This document shows positions 39,846 through 42,053 of a DNA stretch of 42,053 bases, piece after piece. The notes below the pieces were generated by a model. It did not search any database, was not told where the DNA came from, and saw only the letters and a program-made list of their open reading frames with translations. Each line of letters begins with the position of its first letter. The first letter of the stretch is position 1. The DNA is taken from positions 1-42,053 of IMG/VR virus record IMGVR_UViG_3300010372_000002. One strand, 5' to 3'. The position numbers and the translations under genes are program-made. Source of the stretch: a virus.

Positions 39846-41921
39846 TTAAACGGCCCTGACAAACCCAAATGTACTTATCGCAAAGCTAAACACCCCCTCC
39901 GTAAGCCCGACCTGGGTTGCTGTAAGAGTGTCCCCTACCAACGTCCATTCGAAAGATGGATGGTTAGCCACCTCCCCTGCTACGGTGCCGGTAGCACTTA
40001 TAAGGGAGCATCCGCTAATACCTCCCTTAGATACCGCTAGAACATATGTTGCGGTGTTAATGTCTCCAGTTGTGTCTGCAAGTGTTCCGGCCACCGCCCT
40101 TACTGTTAAAACGCCGTTGTAAGTGCTGGATACACTATCTAAGCTAGAAACTAGATCTACTACTCCTTTGGGAGTACCGATTGAGATCGTAACATCGTTC
40201 TTTATAACAGCGTTTAACGAATCGAAGTGACCCTCCTTGGCACGCCAACTCGCTGTATTGTACCCACCGGGCGCAGTGACCATCGAGTAGTCTCCGACCG
40301 TACCTCCCCCGATTAAATTAAAGTGGTTGCCGAAGGAGAGCGCCATGTCTTCTTTGCGGTTAAGCAAGCCATTCTCATTCTGCGTAAGTGCGCAGTTGAG
40401 CTTCCCGTACGAATTTGTTATCTCAAACACAGGGAATTTAATCTCCCTTTTCAGTACGGCAATCGTGGCGGGCTCGTTCAGGTGCATTCCATTTACTGAA
40501 ATAACCGGACAGAACGCTGTAGCCAGGTTTCCGTAGTTTCTCACGAAATAGGGTGTATCATTGTTTTCTACATACCCTCCATCGAAGGCAATGGGCCCCG
40601 CCCCCTCATTTCTAATAATCTCGGCTGCACATCTGTTTTGCTCAAAATCGCAAGTGAAGAATCTCCACTGAACACCGCCGGGCCCTATATGGATAAGACG
40701 ATGCGCAGACGACTTCCTGAAAACACAGCTGTTAAAGGTGTTAACATTAGCTTCATAAACCCCTATCGTCCCGATGCTCCGTATTGCTATAAAGGGATTG
40801 TAGCTTCCTGGATATGATCCGAAATCACAGCTGTAAAACCTGCATAGCACTAGAGGGGCATTTATCCCGTAGGCGAGTCGTGAGTAAAAGGTACAGCCGT
40901 CGAACACAGTTTGGGATATATACCCACCATCGTCAGGTGAGTAAATGGCAGTACCTGTCCCAGAGGCCATTGAGTCGAAGCCTATGTTTACAAACCGACC
41001 TGATTCGGAGGAGAAACCTGACCCCCCTGTAAATATGGCGTTATTGCCTGCGGCAACAAATCTGGGCTGCAATTGAACGGCAGCGCCGTCGCCCTCGATG
41101 TTAAAACACGCGGGGAGGATCAAAGGCTCCGATATTTTAATCCTAGCCTTGCTGGGCACCTTGAGCTTACATTGGCTATTCTCTTGGTACGCAACCGCCA
41201 AGGCCATAGCCGCGGAGTCGTCAGTTATCTGATCACCCACGACACCGAACCAAGTAACGTAGATACCCCCATCAAAAATCCGCACAAAACGACCAGTAGC
41301 TCCTGATCCTAGGATAGTCCCGCCGTCCTCTGTCTTAGTGTTATCCACGTCCCAATAAAACTCCCCACCACCCATATCACTCCCAGCGTGATACCCCTTC
41401 ACCAGATACCGCAACCCCTCCTTCCGCTGCCCCTCCGGCAACGCCAGCAAATCAGCTATGCTATCCACCGCCACCACGCCGCGAGCCACCATCGCCGCAC
41501 CCTTGTCAGGGTTGGCAAGGTCTTGCCGCAGCACATCATCCTGACTGAACAGAACGAACAAATCTTCGTCAGCACCATCCCACGTGCCGGTAGTCGTGAA
41601 CGGGATAGAGCTAGGCGCCGGACGATAGAAGAACCCGCCACGCGCCATGTACTGGTTGTATGCGGTGAAGCTCAGGCCAGGCGCGTAGTTTCCGAGCGAG
41701 ACGAAACCGGAGTCGGTTAGGAATTGCTGGAATTCAGCCTCTTGCCCAGCAAGCATGTTGTTGAAGTTTTCGATCATCCCCGAGCGGGACAGCTTTTGTA
41801 CGCCGAATCGGTCAGGGTAGAACGGGTTAGGGCCGTTCTCAAATTTATCCATGTTCCCCGCGTTATCGAACAGGTCTCGCGGATCAGTGCTGCCTACCGG
41901 GTTATTTGTGTTGTACGCCAT
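39846..41921 (-). CDS. Tailspike / depolymerase-type tail fibre (pectate-lyase-like beta-helix)
   Basis: 691 aa. It has a conserved-type N-terminal anchor (NPVGSTDPRDLFDNAGNMDKF) and YVTWFGVVGDQITDDSAAMALAV at the start of the beta-helix. It starts 23 nt after the J stop across the junction. Confidence 0.8.
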   Translation of the reverse strand: MAYNTNNPVGSTDPRDLFDNAGNMDKFENGPNPFYPDRFGVQKLSRSGMIENFNNMLAGQEAEFQQFLTDSGFVSLGNYAPGLSFTAYNQYMARGGFFYRPAPSSIPFTTTGTWDGADEDLFVLFSQDDVLRQDLANPDKGAAMVARGVVAVDSIADLLALPEGQRKEGLRYLVKGYHAGSDMGGGEFYWDVDNTKTEDGGTILGSGATGRFVRIFDGGIYVTWFGVVGDQITDDSAAMALAVAYQENSQCKLKVPSKARIKISEPLILPACFNIEGDGAAVQLQPRFVAAGNNAIFTGGSGFSSESGRFVNIGFDSMASGTGTAIYSPDDGGYISQTVFDGCTFYSRLAYGINAPLVLCRFYSCDFGSYPGSYNPFIAIRSIGTIGVYEANVNTFNSCVFRKSSAHRLIHIGPGGVQWRFFTCDFEQNRCAAEIIRNEGAGPIAFDGGYVENNDTPYFVRNYGNLATAFCPVISVNGMHLNEPATIAVLKREIKFPVFEITNSYGKLNCALTQNENGLLNRKEDMALSFGNHFNLIGGGTVGDYSMVTAPGGYNTASWRAKEGHFDSLNAVIKNDVTISIGTPKGVVDLVSSLDSVSSTYNGVLTVRAVAGTLADTTGDINTATYVLAVSKGGISGCSLISATGTVAGEVANHPSFEWTLVGDTLTATQVGLTEGVFSFAISTFGFVRAV

Positions 41922-41930
41922 TGTGTTTAC

Positions 41931-42053
41931 TCCGTATAACCCGACTAGGCAGGTGTTGAGTCGTCGTATTGATAGAATGCGTCACTGTACTGCTTGGCGG
42001 TAACACTGCACCGCCCGCCTTGGTCTGGCTCGATTGCCTCAATGATTGAAGAA
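41931..42053. repeat. Terminal direct repeat, copy 2
   Basis: Exact copy of 1-123; duplicates the 3' end of the J-like gene. Confidence 0.95.

Noticed and set aside
1-42053. CRISPR arrays, retron/DGR reverse transcriptases, transposases, integrases, toxin-antitoxin pairs
   Set aside because: No regularly spaced repeats were seen, and no ORF has RT (YxDD), DDE, tyrosine or serine recombinase motifs. Absence is based on reading the translations only, not on profile searches.

Overview
The window is one complete tailed dsDNA phage genome with a lambda-like siphovirus tail module. The first 123 nt recur exactly at the end, so the unique length is 41,930 bp (circular assembly or terminal redundancy).

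Layout:
1. Minus-strand late operon, 17528 down to 15 and continuing across the junction from 41921 down to 37960. Order: small membrane protein, TerS, TerL, portal, scaffold, major capsid, connector proteins with an interposed Mu F-like protein, tail terminator, two small low-GC ORFs, major tail, G/GT chaperones with a -1 frameshift, tape measure, M/L/K-like tip proteins, an I-J fusion and a beta-helix tailspike. These are followed by an XhlA-like protein, holin, SAR-type endolysin and nested spanins.
2. Minus-strand early/middle operon, 28380 down to 18207. Order: Cro/XRE-like HTH, second HTH, SNF2-type helicase, beta-class DNA methyltransferase, DUF1376-type replication protein, DnaB, Ea22-like paralogues, zinc-ribbon protein, dUTPase, NinG and a 297-aa unknown in the position of lambda Q.
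3. Plus-strand early operon, 28581 to 37963. About 25 mostly small, translationally coupled ORFs, including an ERF annealase / YqaJ-type exonuclease module.

No integrase, CI-type repressor, CRISPR array, reverse transcriptase or transposase was seen.

The most interesting unexplained content is at the RNA level:
- A 677-nt ORF-poor leader (17529..18206) between the Q-position gene and the packaging genes. It contains a tRNA-Gly(UCC), a tRNA-like T-arm/acceptor/ACCA end that I cannot close into a cloverleaf, many GC hairpins and an attenuator-like set of overlapping stems.
- Two promoter-leader-terminator modules built around roughly 100-nt rod-like hairpins (25437..25604 minus, 32001..32182 plus). 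Each sits immediately upstream of an operon, suggesting sRNAs or antitermination-controlled checkpoints with no recognisable N/Q homologue.

Other notable points are an in-frame amber codon splitting a small conserved-looking gene, low-GC insertions, a mosaic tailspike and candidate anti-defence early genes. All functional calls rest on motif recognition and gene order only. No database search was possible.
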